A stretch of DNA of 64,000 nucleotides, taken from Candidatus Thorarchaeota archaeon. GTDB taxonomy: Archaea > Asgardarchaeota > Thorarchaeia > Thorarchaeales > Thorarchaeaceae. The DNA lies in the NCBI GenBank assembly GCA_048884785.1, contig JBHLQM010000003.1, positions 70,813 to 134,812 on the forward strand, read 5' to 3'. The notes under the pieces were generated by a model that saw only the letters and a program-made list of their open reading frames with translations, was not told the origin of the DNA and made no database searches. Made by a program: the position numbers and the translations under genes. How positions within the stretch are numbered: position 1 is the stretch's first letter; each line of letters starts with the position of its first letter. This document shows, piece after piece, positions 47,421 to 55,241 of the stretch.

Positions 47421-48560
47421 ATGCCTGTCGCAATGCTGTTAATCGACTGGGATTCGAAGATTGGTGCTGTTCTCAAAGCAAAAGTTCCAGGGGACTTTGC
47501 TGATTACTATCGTGAGGATCTGAATACTGAAATTATGCGTATCTTTACTTCACATGCTATGGGTGATGCGACTGCGGGTTTCTCGTCGTTGAGCGTTCGC
47601 ATCGGAGGCGAGGAATACAACGTTGCCTCATACTATACTGGAATCGTCAGGGAAGAAGAGCAGTATTGCATATCGCTCTTGCTAACCCCGTCAGAAGATG
47701 CAAAGACATACGAGGCAGCGATTACTTCAGTAGTGTCTCCAATTACCACTGCAGTCGTTTCAATGACTGATGCTGAACTGCAAGCTGAATTAGATAATAC
47801 CTACAGACGAATTATACGCTTGGCGGGCATGACCGATGAGTCGCGGCTGGCCCGACTCTTTGCTGATGAAGTATACCGGGCTGTCTTTCCAAAGCTTTGG
47901 AAGGGAGGTATTACGAAAGAAGACCTTGAAGAATGGCTGAAGATGGTTACGGGTCTGCCCAGTGTAAGCGTTGATTCAATTGTTGCGCCATTTGAGGAGC
48001 TTGGTATTGTCAAAACCGAGTGGGTTGATGAGATCGGAAGAACCTGCGTCTTCATGATCAAGGATATGGAGGTATTTAGGGCCCCACCTCTGGTTTCCAT
48101 GGAATCAGCATCCTCTGTCCTTGATCCAGAGCTTGCTGCTGAGTACAAAAGCGAGGTTTTGGAATTTCTTACCGAATGGCAGAAGACTCCAGAGGATACT
48201 GTTGCCATCGCAGAAATACTTGCTGATCCTGATGCGTACGATACACTCAGCGTACTGCGACGTCAACCAACCAATATCTCTGAACTTGAAGCCACACTAG
48301 GAATTCCCCCCAAAGAGCTCAAACAAGCGATACAATTGTTGAAGAAATATAGGGTGGTTGCCGAGAAGAGAAGAAAGGGCGCCTCGGGCGAGTATGACAA
48401 GTGGCTATTCCTACTGAATGATATTCGTGTTAGGCTGTTCTTCCCAGAATACTTCCTGAACACACTTGTGACAGATTTAGAAAAAACTCCTGATGACTCG
48501 CGCCTGATGGAAATGGTTCATCAACATCTGCGTCTGCTAAGGGATAACTTTCCAAGATAG
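47421..48560 (+). CDS. longin-like N-terminal domain protein with two winged-helix-like segments
   Basis: 379 aa. The N-terminal pattern is strand-strand-helix-strand-strand-strand-helix (VAMLLIDWD / GAVLKAKV / LNTEIMRIFTSHAMG / ...YCISLLLT / helix). The wHTH-like segments are LEEWLKMVTGLPSVSVDSIVAPFEELGIV and LRRQPTNISELEATLGIPPKELKQAIQLLKKYRVV. Confidence 0.5.
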   Translation: MPVAMLLIDWDSKIGAVLKAKVPGDFADYYREDLNTEIMRIFTSHAMGDATAGFSSLSVRIGGEEYNVASYYTGIVREEEQYCISLLLTPSEDAKTYEAAITSVVSPITTAVVSMTDAELQAELDNTYRRIIRLAGMTDESRLARLFADEVYRAVFPKLWKGGITKEDLEEWLKMVTGLPSVSVDSIVAPFEELGIVKTEWVDEIGRTCVFMIKDMEVFRAPPLVSMESASSVLDPELAAEYKSEVLEFLTEWQKTPEDTVAIAEILADPDAYDTLSVLRRQPTNISELEATLGIPPKELKQAIQLLKKYRVVAEKRRKGASGEYDKWLFLLNDIRVRLFFPEYFLNTLVTDLEKTPDDSRLMEMVHQHLRLLRDNFPR

Positions 48561-48660
48561 ACACGCACACCCTATCAGGGAATCAATTAGTCTTCTTCAT
48601 CCTTGAAGGTATCATTTGCATGAATATCTTTAACTCTCTTTGGTTCAATGAAGATATGGC

Positions 48661-49224
48661 ATGAATACGAGAACTAGGTTTCTATTTCTTGGATGTGTCA
48701 TTTTTATTCTACTTGGATTACTACTTGTGGCACTTCCCCGAGAACGGTTGCTCTCTAATGAGGAATACACACCTCTACAGGCATATCCCACATACTACTA
48801 TACGAGTTTCACAGTGGAGAATGCCGATTCAAACGCAGTGATTCGTATTAATCTCGACGTAGAGCGCGGCGGGAATTTCTCTCAATATTCAACCATGTGG
48901 ATTCTCTATCAGCTCACACAATTTCAGTTTGAGGAAAGCTTCAACATAACTGAAGTTTACAACATAATGCACAGTGGAGACTGGAGCGAAAACTGGACAG
49001 TCCACTATTTCTGGTTAGGCGGGATTCTCGGCGACTATATACTGCCCTCTGGAGAGCCTATTCCTCCTAGTGCCTATGTCTTTGTATTTTGGATTGAGCC
49101 CGAAGACCCAATAATGGGTTGGTCTGCCACCCTCACAATATCTCTGCAGACAAGTATACTCACATCGTCTCCTTTGATACCCACATCCTCTCCTTTGAAA
49201 TGGCTCTTCAGGTCAGGTCTTTGA
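48661..49224 (+). CDS. N-terminally anchored extracytoplasmic protein
   Basis: 187 aa with one N-terminal TM, FLFLGCVIFILLGLLLVAL. No motif recognised. Confidence 0.45.
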   Translation: MNTRTRFLFLGCVIFILLGLLLVALPRERLLSNEEYTPLQAYPTYYYTSFTVENADSNAVIRINLDVERGGNFSQYSTMWILYQLTQFQFEESFNITEVYNIMHSGDWSENWTVHYFWLGGILGDYILPSGEPIPPSAYVFVFWIEPEDPIMGWSATLTISLQTSILTSSPLIPTSSPLKWLFRSGL

Positions 49225-49386
49225 TGTTCATTTGAGAGTCCATTCTGGCTAACTATTTATCTTATCTTGGGAGCTGGAATTATTTGGCAGAAGGTGATAC
49301 AAGTGAGAATATAACACTCCCTTTTACCGCTTGACGTATTATGGGATGTCCTTTCGTATTTTGGAACACTAGGAAGGTTCATATGT

Positions 49387-49640
49387 GCAAGTTTCACCCT
49401 GCAGAATGTATCACTCAGGTGATACACCTTCGAAGCCAACAGTGTTGAGCCTCGGATCCCCCGTCATAGGAACTCGCATTCGCAACACACGGTTACGGTC
49501 CCTAATTGAGTTTCTAACGCATTGGTCCCTTCTGAGCTGTAAAAGCTCGGAACTTGCGCATAACTGATTTCTTCCGGGCGCTCAGTGCTGAAGGCATCCA
49601 CGGATGCGGGACTTCGGTCCCGTTTCCAATCGAAGTCCAC
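49387..49640 (+). ncRNA. candidate structured RNA, either an independent sRNA or the 5' leader of the downstream GTPase gene; class unresolved and strand tentative
   Basis: Lies in a 540-nt gap with locally elevated GC and a chain of perfect hairpins: 49387-49404, 49409-49426 (7 bp), 49533-49551 (GUAAA loop), 49595-49608, and 49608-49623 (CGGGAC UUCG GUCCCG). The UUCG and GUAA-type loops and two G-U pairs exist only on the plus strand. Confidence 0.35.
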
Positions 49641-49766
49641 TCTTCTGTGTATACTACCTGCGATAAATTAGGCATTATAGACAAGATTATCTCATAAGCA
49701 GAGGGATAGAATTTTGATAACGACTGTAGCCGCAGCCATGCCGACTATTTCCAATGGTGATATGTT

Positions 49767-51749
49767 GTGATCCACAATACATTCCTCATTCGAGCTTCGA
49801 CCAACGAGATTCTAGCAAGCACACAATACTGGCCTGTTGAAGTCGACAAAGCAGCTCTGAATGAATTCATTGCAACTCGAGAAGAACTTCGTAAAGAGGA
49901 TTCAACACTGGCAAACTTTCCATTGATTATTGGAGACGACAAATTTCAGGGTCGGGACTTGGCTACAGATGTGGTTCTTATTTTTGTGACTGATAAGGGG
50001 GAGGACGAATCTGCAATTGGAGATCGACTAGATTCTGCAGTATCCTCTTTAAGAAAGCGACTTGCAAAGAAAAGCCTACCAGAAGTATTGGATACTTTCG
50101 GGTCTATCATCGAGCCTTCCATCATTACTCGTTTGAAGATTGCCCTGGTTGGAGAAGGTGGTGTCGGAAAAACTACAACCCTTCACCTCCTCATGGGGGA
50201 CACACCCCCACTTCAATACGTACCAACAATCGCACTTAACCTTGAAACGGTTGAGAACATCCGTTTTGGAAACTATTCACTTGTGCTTTGGGATTTTGCT
50301 GGCCAGGAACGGTTCAGAAATCTCTGGAAATTCTACTTCCATGGAGCAGACGTCATCTTCCTAGTATGTGATTCATCCCTGCGGAACGTCATTATTAGCA
50401 AAGATATTTACAAACTCATTAAGCGCGATGCACCTAAGGTGCCTGTATTTGCTCTTGCGAATAAACAAGATAAGCCCAATGCGATGAGATCTGAGGTTGT
50501 ACAGAAGATATTGGGCATTCCCACATACCCCATGGTAGCAATCGACAAAAGTCGTCGAGATGAGATGCTGCGGATACTAATGACCGCTGCTGCACAGTTT
50601 GTTGGTGTCGTTCTTCCTGACTTACCAGCATCTGAACTTCTGCGATTTACTGATGAAGCAACAGCAGGTGCAATAGAGACTGAGCAGCTAAGCTCAATGA
50701 AGGAGATTGAAGAAGAAGAACAAGAAGCTGATGTTGAGGAAGTTTTCGTCGATGAGGAGGGTCATATTCTAACTGCAGAAGAGATGGAAGGAGAATTTGA
50801 CTACGAAATTGTTGAAGAAGTCATTGAAGTCGATGAAGAGGCAAATGAAATTGAAGCGGATGAATTAGAGGTGGCCTCGTCAGAGGAGATGCTCGATGCT
50901 CCGGTCGAAATGACTGATGAAGTTTCAGAGGCTGCAATTCCTGAATCCGAAGAAGAACCCACTATGCCAAAAGCTATGCTTGAACAAGAGATAGCTACTG
51001 AAGCCACAAAAGATGAGGCTGAGATGCCTGTTGAGCCCGAAGACACGAGGATTTCGGACTCTGAACCAATCACTGAATTTGCACCTCCTACCGAAGAGGA
51101 TATAGCTGATATTGAAGTTGATTTGACTGCTGAGGAGGAACCCACTTCCAAGCTGGAGGAGCCAGCCGAAACCTCCACTGAACATTGGGTTGAGGATATT
51201 GAAGAAGAAGTACATTCTGATGTTGATGAAGACATCACAGTACAAGAATCACCAACTCCTGAGCCCAGCCTTGAAACATCTCCAGAGGCTTCAAAATTAA
51301 CTGAGGCATGGGAGCTTGCTACAGTGTCAACTGATGATAGAGATGAATCAGCTGTTTCTATTGAAATGACAGAGGATATGTCGGAAGAAGCAATAGGAGA
51401 ACATCCTGTCGAATCCGATGATTCGCGCAGAATGGCCAAGGATTTAATCTCAGAAGCGCTTGATGCAGATGATATTATCGCGGCTGAAATTGAGAGAGTT
51501 TCGGAAGATGAATTGCATATAGCTCTTGAGGCGTTTTCAAGTGATGAAACAGTTTCAAAAGATGAAGAAGAGAACGAAGTTTCAACCGAACAGATTGCCC
51601 AGGAGGCTTTGAAAGAACTTGAAGACATCTTGGGTCCTGTGGACGAGCAAACGTCTTTGGATGAAAAAGCAGACACAGATGATGTAGAAGAGGACCTCGA
51701 TGCCCTAGACACATTGTTTGCGATGATGTTTGGGGATGATGACAAGTAA
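49767..51749 (+). CDS. longin-like domain + Ras/Rab-like small GTPase + long acidic disordered tail
   Basis: 660 aa. The GTPase motifs are GEGGVGKTT, WDFAGQERF and NKQD (aa ~123-275). The N-terminal ~115 aa are alpha/beta longin-like. Residues ~305-660 are Glu/Asp/Ser/Thr/Ala/Pro-rich. GTG start. Confidence 0.75.
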   Translation: MIHNTFLIRASTNEILASTQYWPVEVDKAALNEFIATREELRKEDSTLANFPLIIGDDKFQGRDLATDVVLIFVTDKGEDESAIGDRLDSAVSSLRKRLAKKSLPEVLDTFGSIIEPSIITRLKIALVGEGGVGKTTTLHLLMGDTPPLQYVPTIALNLETVENIRFGNYSLVLWDFAGQERFRNLWKFYFHGADVIFLVCDSSLRNVIISKDIYKLIKRDAPKVPVFALANKQDKPNAMRSEVVQKILGIPTYPMVAIDKSRRDEMLRILMTAAAQFVGVVLPDLPASELLRFTDEATAGAIETEQLSSMKEIEEEEQEADVEEVFVDEEGHILTAEEMEGEFDYEIVEEVIEVDEEANEIEADELEVASSEEMLDAPVEMTDEVSEAAIPESEEEPTMPKAMLEQEIATEATKDEAEMPVEPEDTRISDSEPITEFAPPTEEDIADIEVDLTAEEEPTSKLEEPAETSTEHWVEDIEEEVHSDVDEDITVQESPTPEPSLETSPEASKLTEAWELATVSTDDRDESAVSIEMTEDMSEEAIGEHPVESDDSRRMAKDLISEALDADDIIAAEIERVSEDELHIALEAFSSDETVSKDEEENEVSTEQIAQEALKELEDILGPVDEQTSLDEKADTDDVEEDLDALDTLFAMMFGDDDK

Positions 51750-51808
51750 AAACCATTGGAATAATCCAGAATTAGTTGCCAGTGCGGAAGACTGATTTGC
51801 CAGTTCGA

Positions 51809-51830
51809 CCCCTTTTGAAAGCGGGTTTTT
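51809..51830 (+). terminator. weak hairpin plus T5 between the GTPase and OB-fold genes
   Basis: CCCCTTTTGAAAGCGGG forms a bulged stem and is followed by TTTTT (51826-51830). Confidence 0.3.
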
Positions 51831-51836
51831 CAGTAT

Positions 51837-52199
51837 ATGAAGCTCAATGAAGTTGAAATTGGCAAGAATGTTCCCGAGCTTATCGTTCGGATTGTGTCAA
51901 TAGCTCCTGCTAGGATTGTACCAACTAAGAGTGGCAGAAAAACACAATTGACTGAAGTTCTGGTAGCTGATGAAACCGGTACAGCCATTTTGTCCCTCTG
52001 GGGATTCAGAGAAGGACAGGGCCTATCTGCAGGAAAAATAATCAAAATAAAAGATGGATGGGCAAAGGAGTGGCAGGGAAAGATGCAGCTCACCCTTGGA
52101 CGCGCCGGAACAATGGAAGAGCTCCCCGATGATGGCTCCATGCCTCAAACAAAGGATCTTCTTACTGAAACCGACAGTTACCGCGGTGACACCATATAG
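51837..52199 (+). CDS. single OB-fold nucleic-acid-binding protein (SSB-like)
   Basis: 120 aa. ...RIVPTKSGRKTQLTEVLVADETGTAILSLWG...GKIIKIKDGWAKEWQGKMQLTLG fits the OB pattern of short archaeal/eukaryotic SSBs, with a flexible C-terminal tail. Confidence 0.6.
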   Translation: MKLNEVEIGKNVPELIVRIVSIAPARIVPTKSGRKTQLTEVLVADETGTAILSLWGFREGQGLSAGKIIKIKDGWAKEWQGKMQLTLGRAGTMEELPDDGSMPQTKDLLTETDSYRGDTI

Positions 52200-52218
52200 T
52201 TCTCGGCAAGGTGACTGT

Positions 52219-52716
52219 ATGACATTTGCGTATCTCTCAGGGCCGATTATCCATGCCAATCTCCGGAAGGATGAGTTCTATCAGGCAATTGTCAATTATT
52301 TAGAATCCAGAGGTATCAGGGTTTTCGCCCCACAGTTTTTGAAGTCCGATGATCCTGCTGAAATCTATACTCGTGATGTGCAACAAGTACGGAAGTGCGA
52401 TTTCTTGATTGGGGAAGTATCGAATCCCTCTTTGGGTGTCGGAATGGAGATTATGCTTGCGATCGAGCTTGGAAAACCTGTGATCCTATTTAGAAATCGG
52501 AGTTCTGAGAATCTCTCTCGAATGGTGCTGGGTGCAGATGGGAAGGTATTGTTTGAATATTCATCGATTGACGAAGTGATTGAGAACCTTGAAGGAATTA
52601 ATCTAACTGCTTTGACGATTTCCACATGCCCCCTATGCCCCTCAAAAGTTGGAGAGCTTACCAATAACCGGGTTCGCTGCATCAGTTGCAGTGCATACAG
52701 CTCCTATGGAGGATAG
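52219..52716 (+). CDS. nucleoside 2-deoxyribosyltransferase-like protein with C-terminal zinc ribbon
   Basis: From ATG 52219 it reads FAYLSGPI...VRKCDFLIGEVSNPSLGVGMEIMLAIELGKPVILF, then CPLCPS...CISC. The longer track ORF (52054) overlaps the OB-fold gene. Confidence 0.5.
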   Translation: MTFAYLSGPIIHANLRKDEFYQAIVNYLESRGIRVFAPQFLKSDDPAEIYTRDVQQVRKCDFLIGEVSNPSLGVGMEIMLAIELGKPVILFRNRSSENLSRMVLGADGKVLFEYSSIDEVIENLEGINLTALTISTCPLCPSKVGELTNNRVRCISCSAYSSYGG

Positions 52717-52719
52717 CAC

Positions 52720-53670
52720 TTGGAGCGAGTTCCTGAGAAGGTGGAATCGAGCCGGTCTCAAGTAATTCTTCTCCTTCTACTTTCTGTTTCCATGGTATCA
52801 TCTGCTAGCATTCTGATAAGGTTCAGTCAGTCTGACCCATTGGTAATCGTGTTTTGGAGAACTCTCTATGGAGCCATTGTCATGGCTTCTCTTGGTGTGG
52901 TTCGAAAGGATGGACATGCGCTTAAGGGTCCAATAATGAAGAGGAACTGGCCATGGATTATTGCTGTTGGTGTGGTCCTTGCCTTTCATTTCTCAACTTG
53001 GTTCAGTTCTTTGTTCATGACAACAGTAGCTGCCAGTGTCGTGCTAGTAAATACATCACCGATTTTCACTGCAATTCTATCAACTGTGTTTCTTGGAGAA
53101 GCACTACGACGGCGCTCGTGGCTGGGAGTGTTGGTTGCGGTTTCCGGAGCTATCGTTTTGGCATGGAGCGATTTTGAATCCGCGGGAACAGGAGCTGTCA
53201 TGGGTGACATGTTGGCTTTGATAAGCGGATTTCTTCTGGCAGTCTATTTCATCGGAGGAAGGCGATATGCTAAAGGTCTCCCCATTTCTATCTATACCTC
53301 TGTTGTTTACCTAACGGCTGCGTTGGTGACATTGGCTCAGTGTTTGATTTTGGGAATTGATGTCATTGTTCTTGAACCTACAGAGATACTCATATTCATC
53401 GCCCTAGCCATATTTCCAACCGCCTTGGGACATTCTGTAAACAATTACCTTCTTACCCTTGTTCCTGCCTATGTTGTTTCATCCGCGGTTCTTGGAGAGC
53501 CAATAGGAGCTACGATTCTTGCTGTGATATTTCTTGGTGAGATTCCCAGCCCGTTCACTCTTATTGGGTTTGCAGTCATTTTAATTGGAATCTCTCTTGT
53601 TTTGGCAGATATTGCCGCCGCGCAACGTAAACGAGATACATTAACCCTTAATGACACCGAGGGGTCGTAG
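52720..53670 (+). CDS. EamA/DMT-family transporter
   Basis: 316 aa with ten hydrophobic segments in two EamA-like halves. TTG start. Confidence 0.8.
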   Translation: MERVPEKVESSRSQVILLLLLSVSMVSSASILIRFSQSDPLVIVFWRTLYGAIVMASLGVVRKDGHALKGPIMKRNWPWIIAVGVVLAFHFSTWFSSLFMTTVAASVVLVNTSPIFTAILSTVFLGEALRRRSWLGVLVAVSGAIVLAWSDFESAGTGAVMGDMLALISGFLLAVYFIGGRRYAKGLPISIYTSVVYLTAALVTLAQCLILGIDVIVLEPTEILIFIALAIFPTALGHSVNNYLLTLVPAYVVSSAVLGEPIGATILAVIFLGEIPSPFTLIGFAVILIGISLVLADIAAAQRKRDTLTLNDTEGS

Positions 53671-55086
53671 TCGCACGGCTTTTGTGGCAATGCCGAGTTC
53701 ATCCGATACGCGTACGACCTCATCAACATCCTTGTATGCTCCGGGGGCTTCCTCTGCAATTACAAGCCCTGAAGTAGCCTTAACCAGAATTCCCTCTCCT
53801 GCAAGAGCGGACTGCACTTCCTTTCCAAAGTAAACCTTCTTTGCCTTAGATCTGCTCATGAAACGTCCTGCTCCATGCGCTGTGGAGCCAAATGAGAGGC
53901 TCATTGATTTTTGATTGCCTATCAAGATGTATGATGCGGTTCCCATCGTACCCGGGATAATAACTGGCTGGCCGACGTTTTTGTATTCAGCCGGTGTTTC
54001 AGGGTGCCCAGCAGGAAATGCTCTTGTAGCTCCCTTCCGGTGAACAACAACCTTTCTTCTTTTGCCTTCAATATCATGCTCTTCGACTTTTCCCATGTTG
54101 TGGGCAACATCGTAAATTAGATGCATATCCAAATCCTCTGGAGAGCCACCTATAACTTTGGAAAATGCCTCCCTGGTCCAATGCATCATTGATTGTCTGT
54201 TCGCAAATGCGTAATTCGCCGCAGCACTCATCGCCCCAAGATATGCCTGACCTTCTGGAGATGTTGTAGGGGCACTACACAATTCTCTATCGGGGAGATC
54301 GAGATTGTATTTTCTCATTGCACTTGTCATGATCTTGATATAATCCCCACAGACTTGATGTCCGAGCCCACGAGACCCGCTGTGAATCATGACCATTACC
54401 TGTCCTTCTCTTGTTATGCCCATTGCTTTTGCAGCTTCATTATCGTAGATTTGATCCACTATCTGTATCTCTAGGAAATGATTTCCTGAGCCCAGCGTTC
54501 CAACCTGCGAGAAGCCTCTTTTCTTTGCCTCTGTAGAAACCTTGCTTGGATCTGCAAGTTCGATTCGGCCATTTGCCTCTTGATGGTCTAGGTCTTCCTC
54601 CCATCCATAGCCATTTTCAACTGCCCACTTTGCTCCTCCTTCCAAGACCTCATCTACACCACGACTGCCTGAGAAACTAATTTTGCCTTGCTTTCCTACA
54701 CCAGTTGGAACAGTATCCCAGAGCTGGTTGATTAGATCCTTCATCTTATCCTTGACGTCGGTATAATCGAGATTAGTGCGAACGGCGCGGACACCACAGT
54801 TGATATCATATCCTACGCCTCCAGGAGAAATCACACCAGATTCATAGTCAGTTGCAGCCACGCCTCCAATTGGAAATCCATAACCCTGATGTCCGTCTGG
54901 TAGAACAATGCTGTGAGTATATATCCCCGGAAGACTTGCAGTATTAGCGGCCTGCTCGAATGTTTTGTCTTGTCGCATCTTTTCTACAAGATTCTCGGAT
55001 GCGTAGATTCTTGCAGGGACTTTCATCCAAGGGTGAGTCCCTTTTGGAATTTCAAAAATATTGTCAGCAATCTTGCGAATCTGCAT
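53641..55086 (-). CDS. rtcB: RNA-splicing ligase RtcB
   Basis: 481 aa with GYDINCG, HSGSRGLGHQV and GSTAHGAGR motifs. Its 3' end overlaps the EamA 3' end by 30 nt. Confidence 0.9.
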   Translation of the reverse strand: MQIRKIADNIFEIPKGTHPWMKVPARIYASENLVEKMRQDKTFEQAANTASLPGIYTHSIVLPDGHQGYGFPIGGVAATDYESGVISPGGVGYDINCGVRAVRTNLDYTDVKDKMKDLINQLWDTVPTGVGKQGKISFSGSRGVDEVLEGGAKWAVENGYGWEEDLDHQEANGRIELADPSKVSTEAKKRGFSQVGTLGSGNHFLEIQIVDQIYDNEAAKAMGITREGQVMVMIHSGSRGLGHQVCGDYIKIMTSAMRKYNLDLPDRELCSAPTTSPEGQAYLGAMSAAANYAFANRQSMMHWTREAFSKVIGGSPEDLDMHLIYDVAHNMGKVEEHDIEGKRRKVVVHRKGATRAFPAGHPETPAEYKNVGQPVIIPGTMGTASYILIGNQKSMSLSFGSTAHGAGRFMSRSKAKKVYFGKEVQSALAGEGILVKATSGLVIAEEAPGAYKDVDEVVRVSDELGIATKAVRLRPLGVIKG

Positions 55087-55223
55087 TCTTATACACCTTC
55101 AATGGGCAGCATTTAGGCAATCCACCTAGATGTGCTATAAGCGTTGTGAAGTGTCATTTTACGTGAGTGTTAAATAGCACCTGTTAGCTCTACGTGTCTG
55201 GGGTTATTCAACCTACAGCAAAA

Positions 55224-55229
55224 GGAGGT
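55224..55229 (+). promoter_or_regulatory. Shine-Dalgarno-like GGAGGT upstream of the extended selD start
   Basis: GGAGGT lies 12 nt upstream of GTG 55242. An in-frame TAA at 55239-55241 closes the frame upstream. Confidence 0.4.
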
Positions 55230-55241
55230 CTGATGCAATAA

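Noticed and set aside
49455-49560. Resemblance to 5S rRNA (GTCATAGGAAC...GCAACACACGG...CGGAACTTGCGC), SRP RNA helix 8 (minus strand GCCCGGAAGAAATCAG) and RNase P (minus strand AGGGTGAAAC, ACAGAAGAG)
   Set aside because: The matching words are short. The complementary strands needed for 5S helices I-III are absent, and the CCC/GAA flanks of the GGAA cannot close an SRP helix-8 tetraloop. The order of the RNase P-like words is wrong for a P4 pseudoknot. No class assignment is justified without a covariance-model search.
49257-49567. 60-aa ORFs at 49257-49439 (minus) and 49385-49567 (plus)
   Set aside because: They have no protein-like features and no RBS context. They coincide with the chain of perfect hairpins, which is better explained as structured RNA.
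49498-49622. Three copies of GGTCCC considered as a repeat array or CRISPR-like feature
   Set aside because: The motif is only 6 nt, the spacing is irregular (27 and 92 nt), and the flanks are not conserved. It is not a CRISPR array, and I saw no CRISPR-like regular repeats anywhere in the window.
50801-51745. 314-aa Ser-rich ORF on the minus strand
   Set aside because: It is the antisense shadow of the Glu/Asp-rich tail of the longin-GTPase gene, where GAA/GAT/GAG codons read backwards give TTC/ATC/CTC and Ser-rich frames. It is low-complexity with no motifs, and the plus-strand gene has clear GTPase motifs in the same ORF.
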